64,000 nucleotides of DNA, from NCBI GenBank assembly GCA_040218735.1, contig JAVJQW010000070.1, positions 64,001 to 128,000 of the forward strand, in the 5' to 3' direction. This stretch comes from Deltaproteobacteria bacterium (lineage in GTDB: Bacteria; Myxococcota; Kuafuiibacteriia; Kuafuiibacteriales; Kuafuiibacteriaceae). Positions within the stretch are counted from its first letter, which is position 1; the number at the start of each line of letters is the position of its first letter. Made by a program: the position numbers and the translations under genes. The notes beneath the pieces are model-generated. The model did not search any database and had not been told where the DNA came from. It saw only the letters and a list, made by a program, of their open reading frames with translations. Shown one piece after another: positions 12,721 to 22,400 of this stretch.

Positions 12721-13464
12721 TCACTTCCAACCGGAAAGTCGGATGGTGCGGGCCTTCGACAGCTTGGATTCGACGTCCGACTCGACCGCGTCCGCGGCTT
12801 CGAGCAGACGCAACGCCGCGGGCTCCGCACGCACGCACATCGACTCGAGCAGCTCGGCGCCGGCGCGGAGCGCACGCGAAGCCGCGTCGAGCACGTCCTC
12901 GTCGCTTCGAAGCCCGATCGCGCGACGCCCGCGGTGCAGGCCCTCTTCGATCTGCTCCGCCACGAAGGCCGCGTGGGTCCCGGCGACGAACTCCGCCACG
13001 ACCACCGCGCTGGTGATCTGACCGCAGCCGCTCTTGAGCTTGTCCTTGGGCCGCAGCGTCGCCAGCATCCGGTGCGCCACGCGCCCCGCGTCGATGTGGC
13101 CCTTCACGATGCCCTCGGAGACCCCGTCGTCGCCGAGCGCCATCAGCGCCCAGACCCAACGATTCACCGCCATCGACGCGATCAGGGACAGCCGCCCCGA
13201 CTGCTTCAGCACCTCACCGAGCGTCGCCCGCCGCGCGAGGTTCGCGGTGGCCTGCGCCTGCGCGTAACGAATCTGGACGAGGCCATCCCCCGCGAGCTCG
13301 ATCGCCGGCGCGTCCGTCGCCTCGGAGGACAACGTCTGCGCGCGCGCTTCGAGCTGCTTGCGGAGGGTGGTGAGCTGCTGCTCGACGGCGTCCAGTCGGT
13401 CCGCCGCGGTCCTCAGGCGTTCGACGTCGAACGCGAGGCGCCTTCGAATCTGAGTCGCATCCAT
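12721..13464 (-). CDS. Hypothetical helical / coiled-coil protein
   Basis: Fills the gap between two same-strand genes, GAAGGAAG upstream, no recognised motif. Confidence 0.65.
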   Translation of the reverse strand: MDATQIRRRLAFDVERLRTAADRLDAVEQQLTTLRKQLEARAQTLSSEATDAPAIELAGDGLVQIRYAQAQATANLARRATLGEVLKQSGRLSLIASMAVNRWVWALMALGDDGVSEGIVKGHIDAGRVAHRMLATLRPKDKLKSGCGQITSAVVVAEFVAGTHAAFVAEQIEEGLHRGRRAIGLRSDEDVLDAASRALRAGAELLESMCVRAEPAALRLLEAADAVESDVESKLSKARTIRLSGWK

Positions 13465-13528
13465 CGCTTCTTCCTTCGAAGGGAAAACCTCGCGCCCGCG
13501 CCGTCGATGCCCTTGGCTTCGACGGACG

Positions 13529-15520
13529 TCAGTTGCAGTCGGCGGAGACGTTGATCATCTCCGTCGCCTGGCTCTGACTCATCGCGCCGCAGCTGTTGAT
13601 GGCGTCCAGCCCCAAGAAGTACACGCCGTCGCGCTCCGGGATGAACGTCGTCGTCGACATCTGCTGCGAGAACTGCGGCTCCGGCGGCGGCGCGAACAGC
13701 CACGACCACGTGTAACCCACGATCGTCGTCGTCATCCCGTCGCCGCCCGGCATCGACATGTCCGCGTTGATCGTCACGGGCTCACCGACACACGGCCGCA
13801 TCGTCTCGACCTCGATGATCGGGATCGGGAAGAAACACGGATCGTCCATCGCCTCGAGGATCACGATCTGATCCGGGTTGCCCGGGTCGTTCGTGTAGAC
13901 GTGCAGGTTCACCGTGTCCGTCGTCGAGATGTCGTTGTTGTCGTAGGTGATCGGGATGTCGAAGCGCCCCGACATCGGCGGGAGCGTCTCGTTGATCGTG
14001 CACGGCACCTGACCGCCGCAGACCGGAAGATCGATCGTGAAGTCGTCCTTCGAGGAGTTGTCCTCCAGGATGTCGATGCGCTCGATGACGCAGTCGCCGA
14101 ACCCGGTGCTGAGAATCGTGAGGTTCTCGGTGCGCGGCGGGTACGGCGGCTCCTCGTTCGCCGGGAGCGCAAACACCAGTCGCGCCGGGACCTCGCATCG
14201 CGGCACGGCGCCGGCGCGGAAGTCGAGCTCGAGGCGCCCGTTGTTCCGGATGTCGTTGCTCGCGATGACGATCGTCTCGACGTCGATGCCGCCGTCCTGA
14301 GGCGTGTACGAGACGTTGATCGTGAAGCGGCCCTGCGGCTGGATCATGAACGGCGCCGCGCCGACGTCCGTGGTGATCGTGAGCTCGGGGTTGCCGCTCT
14401 CCACGCCGATTGAGCTCACGTCGAGGATCGCGTTACCGGAGTTCTGGCAGCTGAACGACGTGGTCGCGGTCGTCGCCTGCTCCACCGGCCCGAGGTCGCG
14501 CTGCGGCGGCGAGCACTGCAGGTTCGCGGCCGCGCCGTTACCGTTGATCAGCATCGACACCACGCGGTTGTCCGGCGCCGAGGTGAAGAACCGAAGGCCG
14601 TTGCCCTCGCTGGGGAGGCCGCCCCACGCGCCGGCGGCGCCGCCGTCGAAGCGCAGCTTGAACCGGCGCGTGCCGGAGGTGCCGCCCGCGTCGATCGGGA
14701 CCTCAAGGGGGTTGGCCGCCGAGATGTCCAGCGGGTTGCCGTCCAGGTCGCGGATGGAGAAGCCGACCTCCTCGCCCTCGATCGTCGGCGCGTTGGCCGG
14801 GTCCTCGTCGAGGTCTCGGACCTCGATCGTCACGCCGTCCACGGACAACGTTCCGACGGGTTTGTCGTTTCGCCACTCGTTCTCGATCTCGATGATCAGG
14901 TCACACGGGTCGCCGCCCGCGGTGACCGCGCCGAACAGGATGCCGTTGCAGACCTGCATGTTCGGCTCGTCGACGTTGCACTGCACCCCGCCCATCGTGA
15001 CCGGGCAGCGGATCGTGACGGTCGGCGCCTGCACCGGCTGCGCCGCGACCGTGATCTCTCGGTTCCCCTCAGTGGAGTTGTCCGTGATGCTGAGGACGCC
15101 GGAGTCCGGGTCGCCCGGGCAGTCCGGGAGCAGATCCGGGTTCACGTCGTTGCCCTGCCACGCGTCGGGGCACGGGCGATACGTGACGGTGATCGTCGCG
15201 GTCTGGCTCGGCGACAGGCCGGTCGTGAACGCGTCGTCGACGACGATCGTCCACTTTCCGGTGTCGTCCGCGTCGAATTGCTCGACGAGCTCGACGATGT
15301 TGTAGGCGGCGCTACCGTCGTTGCGCACCGTGATGCCCACGGTCTTCTCCGAGTCCACGGAGACGTCGCCGAGGTCGAGCACCGTCGCGGGGGTGTAGTT
15401 GGGGCTGGGGAGGAACACCGGGTCCTCACCGCAGTCGCAGTTGACGGTGGTCGCCGCCGCGAGGGTCGCGTACAGAAACGTCTGAGTGAGGCCAAGGGAG
15501 CGTCGTCGAGCAATGGTCAT
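13529..15520 (-). CDS. Secreted protein or lipoprotein with tandem Ig-like (choice-of-anchor D/ASH-like) domains and a C-terminal PKD-like domain
   Basis: Signal ending VNCDC; repeats such as LDLGDV...TVRNDGS and DLGPV...CQNSGNAIL; C-terminal VGYTWSW; start at 15520 or 15535. Confidence 0.75.
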   Translation of the reverse strand: MTIARRRSLGLTQTFLYATLAAATTVNCDCGEDPVFLPSPNYTPATVLDLGDVSVDSEKTVGITVRNDGSAAYNIVELVEQFDADDTGKWTIVVDDAFTTGLSPSQTATITVTYRPCPDAWQGNDVNPDLLPDCPGDPDSGVLSITDNSTEGNREITVAAQPVQAPTVTIRCPVTMGGVQCNVDEPNMQVCNGILFGAVTAGGDPCDLIIEIENEWRNDKPVGTLSVDGVTIEVRDLDEDPANAPTIEGEEVGFSIRDLDGNPLDISAANPLEVPIDAGGTSGTRRFKLRFDGGAAGAWGGLPSEGNGLRFFTSAPDNRVVSMLINGNGAAANLQCSPPQRDLGPVEQATTATTSFSCQNSGNAILDVSSIGVESGNPELTITTDVGAAPFMIQPQGRFTINVSYTPQDGGIDVETIVIASNDIRNNGRLELDFRAGAVPRCEVPARLVFALPANEEPPYPPRTENLTILSTGFGDCVIERIDILEDNSSKDDFTIDLPVCGGQVPCTINETLPPMSGRFDIPITYDNNDISTTDTVNLHVYTNDPGNPDQIVILEAMDDPCFFPIPIIEVETMRPCVGEPVTINADMSMPGGDGMTTTIVGYTWSWLFAPPPEPQFSQQMSTTTFIPERDGVYFLGLDAINSCGAMSQSQATEMINVSADCN

Positions 15521-15672
15521 GGCGTGGTCCTTCACTGTCGGGCGCTACCAAGGCGCCGCCGCGTGGTCAATCCGAACGGTCGCAGCGCGGTCTGCGCCGA
15601 CGCGAATTTGGATGGTACGATGACCGCCAGGCGTCAAAATGTCACGCGGCTCGCCCCCGCGGCCCAGCATTC

Positions 15673-16440
15673 GTGAAGTCCCGTCGCGTCATCGCCGCCA
15701 CCCTCGTCGCGCTCGCCGTGCCCCTCGCCGTCCACGCGGCCGGTCGCTCTGCGCGCATCCGCAGCTTCGCCAACCGGTGGCTGGGGACGCGGTACCAGTG
15801 GGGGGGCACCGGACGGAGCGGCATCGACTGCTCGGCGTACCTGCGTCAGATGTACCGGGACCTCTTCAACATCGAGCTGCCCCGGACGACGCGCCAGCAG
15901 ATTCGACTCGGGCTCGACCTCCCGATCGATCCCACGAACCTCGGGCGGACCCTCCTCCCCGGCGATCTGATCTTCTACGTGGATCGCGCGGGCGTCCCGA
16001 ACCACGTCGTCGTCTACCTCGGCGGCAACCTGATCACGCACAGCGTGAGCGGGCGCGGCGTCGTCGTGGATCCGATCCGCAAAGTGTACGGCCGACGCAT
16101 CGTCGCGCGCCGCTTCCTCGTCCCGCGCGGAGGCGGCAGCGGCGGTGACGACGGCGGAGGTTTCGCGCCGATCCCCGCGGCCGGTCCGATCGTCGCGAAG
16201 GACATCCCGTGCCCGCCTTCGTTCAAGCCGAAACGCAGTGAGGTCCGACGTTACGCGAACCGCCCGCTGCCCGCCGTCGGCAAACTCGGCGAACGAGCGA
16301 TCTGCGACTTCCGCGCGCTCGCGGACGCGCTCGAAAAACGCGGCGGCAAACACGCGAAGCGCAACGCCGTCACGCTCGACGAATATGCGAAGTGGCTCGA
16401 GAGCATCGAGGCGCTCAAGGGCGTGATCGACGGAGACTGA
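15673..16440 (+). CDS. NlpC/P60 family peptidoglycan endopeptidase
   Basis: Signal peptide; GTRYQWGG, GIDCS (Cys), LPRT, PGDLIFY, NHVVVY (His), ITHS. Confidence 0.92.
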   Translation: MKSRRVIAATLVALAVPLAVHAAGRSARIRSFANRWLGTRYQWGGTGRSGIDCSAYLRQMYRDLFNIELPRTTRQQIRLGLDLPIDPTNLGRTLLPGDLIFYVDRAGVPNHVVVYLGGNLITHSVSGRGVVVDPIRKVYGRRIVARRFLVPRGGGSGGDDGGGFAPIPAAGPIVAKDIPCPPSFKPKRSEVRRYANRPLPAVGKLGERAICDFRALADALEKRGGKHAKRNAVTLDEYAKWLESIEALKGVIDGD

Positions 16441-16446
16441 CCGACG

Positions 16447-16587
16447 ATGGCGACGAAACGTTTCGCGATCCTCGGTGAACGCGAGAGCACCGCGGTCAAG
16501 ATCGCACGCGTCCTGTTGCTCGGCGCCGCGACCACGTTTGTGTTCGTGACCGGCCTCGCGATCATCGTCGTCGCGGTCACCGAATGA
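16447..16587 (+). CDS. Small 46-aa single-pass membrane protein (not in ORF track)
   Basis: MATKRFAILGERESTAVKIARVLLLGAATTFVFVTGLAIIVVAVTE*; GGAG 11 nt upstream; its TGA overlaps the MFS ATG (ATGA). Confidence 0.65.
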   Translation: MATKRFAILGERESTAVKIARVLLLGAATTFVFVTGLAIIVVAVTE

Positions 16588-17822
16588 GCACCTCGGAAGA
16601 CGACGCCCCCACGCTGCGCTGGGCGGTGCTCGCGCTGCTCGGGCTGCTGATGTTCGGCAGCTACTACGGCTACGACGCGATCGCGCCGCTCGCCGAGATC
16701 CTCGGACGTGAGCTCGGGTTCACGGACACCCAAATCGGCGGGCTCAACGCGATCTACTCCGCGCCCAACGTGGTCATGGTGCTCGTCGGCGGCGTCCTCG
16801 TGGATCGCATTGGCCTGCGCCGCGTGATCCTCGGAACGTCGATCGTCCTGTGCGCCGGTGCGTTCCTCACCGCCGCGCGCCCCGACTACGCGATGATGGC
16901 CGCGGGGCGTCTGCTGTTCGGCCTCGGCGCGGAGACGATGATCATCGCGGCGACGACCGCCATCGGGCTGTGGTTCGCGAAGAAACACCTCGCGCTCGCG
17001 ATGGCGATCGCCGTGAGCCTCGCGCGCGCCGGTTCGTACGCCGCGGACGTCTCACCGGCGTGGGCACCCGAGCTCTACGCGGCGGGTTGGCGTCCGCCGC
17101 TCCTCGTCGCCGCCGGGTTCGCGACGCTCGGTCTGGTGGGGGCGGTCGGCTACCTGTTCGTCGCGCGACGCGCGGAGCTCGGCGCCAAGGAGCGCGCCGA
17201 GCGCTTCGAGTGGAGGACGCTCCTGAAGCTCGGTCCGCGTTACTACATCCTCGTCGCGACCTGCGTCCTGTTCTACGCGACCATCTTCCCGTTCCGCAGC
17301 ACGTTCGCCGTGAAGTACTATCAGCACGCGCACGGGCTCTCGCTCGAGGACGCGAGCACGACGAACGGCATCGTGTTTTTGACCGCCGTCGTCGCGACGC
17401 CAATCTTCGGGGCGCTGGTGGATCGGTTGGGGCGCCACCGCGCGTGGCTCGTCGGCGGTGCGCTCGTCCTGCTGCTCGCGTTCGTCCTGCTGCTCACCCG
17501 CGCCGACCCGCGGATCGCGACCGCCCTGCTCGGGATCAGCTTCGCGCTGGTCCCGGCCGTGTTGTGGCCCGCCGTCGCGCTGACGGTGGAGCCCCACCGC
17601 CTCGGCACCGCCTACGGCTTGATGGCAATGCTCCAGAACCTCGGCCTCACCGCGGCCAACGTCATCGCGGGCCGAATCAACGACGCGTCGGGCGCGGGCG
17701 CCGCCGACCCCGGCGCCTACCGTCCGATGCTGTTGTTCTTCACCGCGCTCGCGCTCGGGGCCGCAGTCACGGCGGGCGCCGGTTTGATTCGCGGACGTCG
17801 AGAGACGATCAGAGGTACTTAG
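16584..17822 (+). CDS. MFS transporter (resembles the MFSD1-like subfamily)
   Basis: About 12 TM segments; motif A GVLVDRIGLRR and GALVDRLGRHR; FGSYYGYD; GRLLFGLGAE. Confidence 0.92.
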   Translation: MSTSEDDAPTLRWAVLALLGLLMFGSYYGYDAIAPLAEILGRELGFTDTQIGGLNAIYSAPNVVMVLVGGVLVDRIGLRRVILGTSIVLCAGAFLTAARPDYAMMAAGRLLFGLGAETMIIAATTAIGLWFAKKHLALAMAIAVSLARAGSYAADVSPAWAPELYAAGWRPPLLVAAGFATLGLVGAVGYLFVARRAELGAKERAERFEWRTLLKLGPRYYILVATCVLFYATIFPFRSTFAVKYYQHAHGLSLEDASTTNGIVFLTAVVATPIFGALVDRLGRHRAWLVGGALVLLLAFVLLLTRADPRIATALLGISFALVPAVLWPAVALTVEPHRLGTAYGLMAMLQNLGLTAANVIAGRINDASGAGAADPGAYRPMLLFFTALALGAAVTAGAGLIRGRRETIRGT

Positions 17823-19072
17823 AAGTACTTGATCGTGTTCGTGACGAGGTCGCGAGCGACCTCCTCCGGGGCGACGCCCTTCTTCTGCGCCACGACCCGG
17901 ATCTTCTCGAACTCCGCGGGCGACAGGTTGAGCTCGAGGGTGTGCCGCGCGCCGTTCTCCTGACGGATCGACGAGTCCACGACGATGAGCGCGGCGGACT
18001 TGTCGCTGCCTTCCTTCGCCTTGCCCACGGCCTCGCCGACCATGACGTCGTGTTTGCCGGTCGCCGGCACCGGCGGCGGCGTCTTTCCGCGACGCGCCTT
18101 CGCAGCCTCCGCGGATCGTTCGCGCTCGCGTTCGATCTCGTCCGCGAAGATCTGCTTCATGAAGTTCGCGAGGTGCGTGTTCGTCGGCGTGAACGCAGCG
18201 ACGGTGTGCAGCCACTGCTGGATGTCGAACTGCATGTCGCGCGCGGTCTGGTAGCGCTCCTCGCGATCCTTCGCGAGCGCCTTCATGAGAATCGCCTCGA
18301 TGCCCTCCGGGATGTCCTCGCGGAAGTACGACGGCGGATAGATCCGGCCGTCGATGATCGACTTGAGGATCGCCATCTCGTTCTCGCCGGTGAAGAGCTT
18401 GTAGCCGGTGATCCACTCGTAGAGGACGACGCCGAGCGTGAAGATGTCGGACCGCTCGTCGAGCTTCTTCCCCATCCCCTGCTCCGGGGACATGTACGAG
18501 AGCTTGCCCTTGATCTCGCCGGCCTTGGTCTGGTCGGTCTGCGAGTTCGCCTTCGCGATCCCGAAGTCGAGGATCTTCACGTTCCCGTTCCAACCGACCA
18601 TCACGTTCTCGGGCGTGATGTCGCGGTGGACGATGTTGAGCGGCTCGCCGAAGTCGTCGGCCTTGGTGTGCGCGTACGCGAGGCCGTCCAGGACGCGCTC
18701 GCCGATCGCGAAGGCGTACTCGATCGGGAACGTGATCCCGAGCTTCTCGGCCTTCGGGATCACACGCGACATGTCCCGACCCGAGATGTACTCCATCGCG
18801 ATGTAGAAGCTGTCGTTGATCTTGCCGAGGTCGAAGATCTGGACGACATGCGGATGTTGCAAACCTGCGGCGAGTTTCGCCTCGAACAGGAACATCTTGA
18901 GAAAGGCGTCCTCGTTCGACAGGTGCGGACGAATGCGCTTGATCGCAAACGTCTTCTCGAAGCCCTCGAGCCCCGGGCGCACGGCGAGGAAGACCTCCGC
19001 CATACCGCCGACCGCGATCCGCTCGAGGAGCTTGTATTTCCCAAACCAGACGGGTGCGTTTCGGGAGACCAA
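17819..19072 (-). CDS. Cytoplasmic Ser/Thr protein kinase with putative C-terminal ribbon-helix-helix domain
   Basis: Motifs GGMAEV, AIKRI, HRDITPEN, DFG, YMSPEQ; no TM; start (TTG) uncertain. Confidence 0.9.
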   Translation of the reverse strand: MVSRNAPVWFGKYKLLERIAVGGMAEVFLAVRPGLEGFEKTFAIKRIRPHLSNEDAFLKMFLFEAKLAAGLQHPHVVQIFDLGKINDSFYIAMEYISGRDMSRVIPKAEKLGITFPIEYAFAIGERVLDGLAYAHTKADDFGEPLNIVHRDITPENVMVGWNGNVKILDFGIAKANSQTDQTKAGEIKGKLSYMSPEQGMGKKLDERSDIFTLGVVLYEWITGYKLFTGENEMAILKSIIDGRIYPPSYFREDIPEGIEAILMKALAKDREERYQTARDMQFDIQQWLHTVAAFTPTNTHLANFMKQIFADEIERERERSAEAAKARRGKTPPPVPATGKHDVMVGEAVGKAKEGSDKSAALIVVDSSIRQENGARHTLELNLSPAEFEKIRVVAQKKGVAPEEVARDLVTNTIKYF

Positions 19073-19494
19073 GTCCGGCGGGACGCTAGACGGGTGACCG
19101 CTCGGCTACAAGCCGACCGTTGCCCGACCGGCGGCCGGGTCTCGGGGCTTTCCACGCGGGGTCCGGAATTCGGCTGAAGGATTCTCCCCGCTCCTCACCC
19201 GATCGATCGGACTTCGGTTCAAGGATCGAATACCCTCGTTTTCACGCCAATTTCACCCGATTGCCCCGTGATCTTCCCCACTTGACGGAAAAGCCTGACA
19301 GGCGGACCCTACCGGCGGCCTGGGATGAGGACGCGTCGCGTGAGCGGTATCAACATGGGCGGTCTCGATTGCGAGACGCCGCTCCCGTGCGCACTGAATT
19401 CCCTGAGGCCATCGGCTGCTGAGCTCCTGTTCGCCGCGTCTTCGAGGCGCGGTCCGATGTTTGGTTCCACGACAGAGCCGAGGGAAGCAAAACC

Positions 19495-22400
19495 ATGTAC
19501 TCCACGCACGCAAGCACAACTGAAACAAAGGGGGTCGGCCTCGCCCGGCTCCTGACGACATCCGCCGCATTTGCGGCCGCGCTCACCTGGGCTCCCCAGG
19601 CGAACGCAGAGATCGCGGTGATCTCCACCGCACCGGTGGTCTATACACCGCTGGCCAACCCGACCGTCCTGACCACGTCGGACGACGACTCGGTCTTCCA
19701 GGTCACCTCGCCGTTCCCCATCCGGTTCTACGAGCAGCAGACGACGACGTTGGGCGTGAGCACCAACGGCACGATGACGATGGACGGCTCCGCGATTTCC
19801 TACACGAACATCGCGATGGGCACGACGAGCACGCCGAACAACGTGCTCGCCCCGTGGTGGGACGACCTCCGTCTCAACGCGGCCAACAACGGCCGCATCG
19901 CGCACGCGACGCTCGGCACGGCACCCAACCGGACGTTCGTCGTCGAGTGGCACCTCGTGAGCGAGTGGGGCAACGACCCGTCGACGTTCTCGATGCAGGT
20001 CCACTTCCACGAGGGTGACGCGATGAACTTCGACATCCACTACGGCCCGACCGGGAACAGCCCCGCGTTCTCGGCGACCGCGGGGATGGAGAACAGCCAG
20101 GGGATGATCCCGTTCATCTTCCCGGCCTCGCAGTGCACCACCCTCTGCAGCGCGACCGACTTCGCGGCCCTGTCGGGCAACATGGTCACCGTGCAGAGCG
20201 GACCGGCGCCGTCGCTGCTCGTCTCGCTCGGCAACGCACCCGCGAACCTCCCGACCGGCGGCACCGCGATGGGCGACCTCACGCTCACGAACCTGGGTAC
20301 GAACGACGCCGTGGGCACGCTGACGTCGGTCTACCTGTCGTCGGACACGACGCTGGACGCCATGGACACCCTCGTCGGCACCGCGACGACCACCATCCCG
20401 TATGGCAACACGACCACGCCGGTCACGCTGACGATCCCGGCCAACGCCACGCTCGGGAACAACTACCTCATCGCCGTGGTCGACTCGAACGACCAGTTCT
20501 CGGAGGACTTCGAGAACGACAACACCGCGACCACCGTCGTCTCCGTCGGTTCGGACGTCGCGGCCGCCGCGCTGCGCGTGACGAACGGCGCCGCGGGCAT
20601 CAACGGCGGCGCGCCGATCGACTTCGAGGTCGACATCGCGCAGGCCGGCTTCCCGTACGCGGGCGGCGTCGACATCACGTTCTACGCGTCGGTCGACACG
20701 CTGTTCGACGCGATGGACACGCCGATCGACACGGCGTCGTTCAACCTCACGGGTGACCCCACCGAGACGCTGAACCACACGGCGACCTTCCCGGTGCTGC
20801 CCCCGGGCCAGTACTACGCGATCGCGCACATCGACCCGATGGACGTGCTCCCGGAGACGAACAACAACAACAACTTCGGAACGACGACGTTCTCGTTCAA
20901 CAGCGGCCCGGACTTCACGGTCGACACCGTGACGATCCCGCGCGGCCTGTTGCCCGGTGACACCGGTACGATCGCGACCAAGGTCGACAACGTCGCCGTC
21001 CCGTTCACGGGGCCCGTGCCGTACACGCTCTACCTCTCCGAGGACGGCGTCATCGACATGATGGACACGGTGATCGGCAACTACGTCATCAACTTCGCCG
21101 GTCAATCGAACATCGTCGACAACCAGTCGTTCATGGTGCCGGCGTCGCCGCTCGGCTATTACAACGTCATCGCCGAGGTCGACCCGGCGGCCGCGATCGT
21201 CGAGGCCTCCGAGATGAACAACGTGCAGGTGTCGTCGAACCCGGTCGCGAACGCGGTCGACTTCGCCGCGGCCCTCGCGACCTCGAGCCCGAGCACGGTC
21301 GAGGTCGGTGATCCGGTCAACGTCACCGCGGAGATCTCCAGCGACGGCGTCTCCTTCGTCGGCAACGTGCCCTTCCAGGTGCACCTGTCGCCCGACCCGA
21401 TCTTCGACCCCGGTGATCCGGCCGTCTACCGCGGCTTCGTGTTCTTCCCCGGCGGCAACGGCTCCGGTCAGATCGACGTCACGTTCCCGCTGCAAGCCCT
21501 CCCCGGTCAGCCCGCGCTCATCGCCGGTGGCTTCACGGTGTTCGTGGTCGTCGACCCGGACAACACCACGATGGAAGCGGACGAGATGAACAACGCCGGC
21601 CCGGCCAACTCGATCACCATCGAGGGCGCCGACCTGGTCGTGAACTCGATCAGCGGCGCGGCCACCGCGTTCATCGGCCTCCCCTACGAGGTCACGATGA
21701 ACGTCTCGAACGTCGGCGTCGCCGACGCGCGTGCCTTCCGTTACGCGTTCTACATGTCCGACAACGACATCATCCGCGTCACCGACCGCCGGGTGTTCGT
21801 GTCGAGCACGGCGACCATCGCCTCGGGGGACAGCGAGCAGTTCACGGACTCGTTCACCATCCCGACCTTCACGTCCACGCGCACGCAGTACCTCGGCGTC
21901 ATCGTCGACATCTTCTCGGTCGTCCCGGAGACCTCCGAGACGAACAACGCGCGCCGCATCGTGAACCCGATTACCGTCGTGTTCCCGATTCCGGATCTGC
22001 GCGCGGAGATCGTCGGCACAGCGACCGCGGCCGCCGCGGGTGAGGATCTGTCGATCACGCGCATCCTCGAGAACGTCGGCGTCGCACCTTCGGGTGCGTT
22101 CGAGTACAGCTATTACCTGTCCACGAACGCGCAGATCGCGACGGACGACATCCTCCTCGGGACGTTCAACAGCGCATCCCTCGCCGAGGGGAACGACGAC
22201 TACGGCGTCGACACCGTGACCATCCCGCCGTCGGTGATGGAGTCGAACTACTACGTCGGCATGATCGTCGACCCGAACGATCAGGTCGACGAGGTCGACG
22301 ACACGATCGAAGGCAACACGGCGCTCGGCCCGCAGATCCCGGTCTACCGGTCCACGCTGCAGTTCCAGACGGACGCGCTCCCGGCCGGCACCATCGGCGT

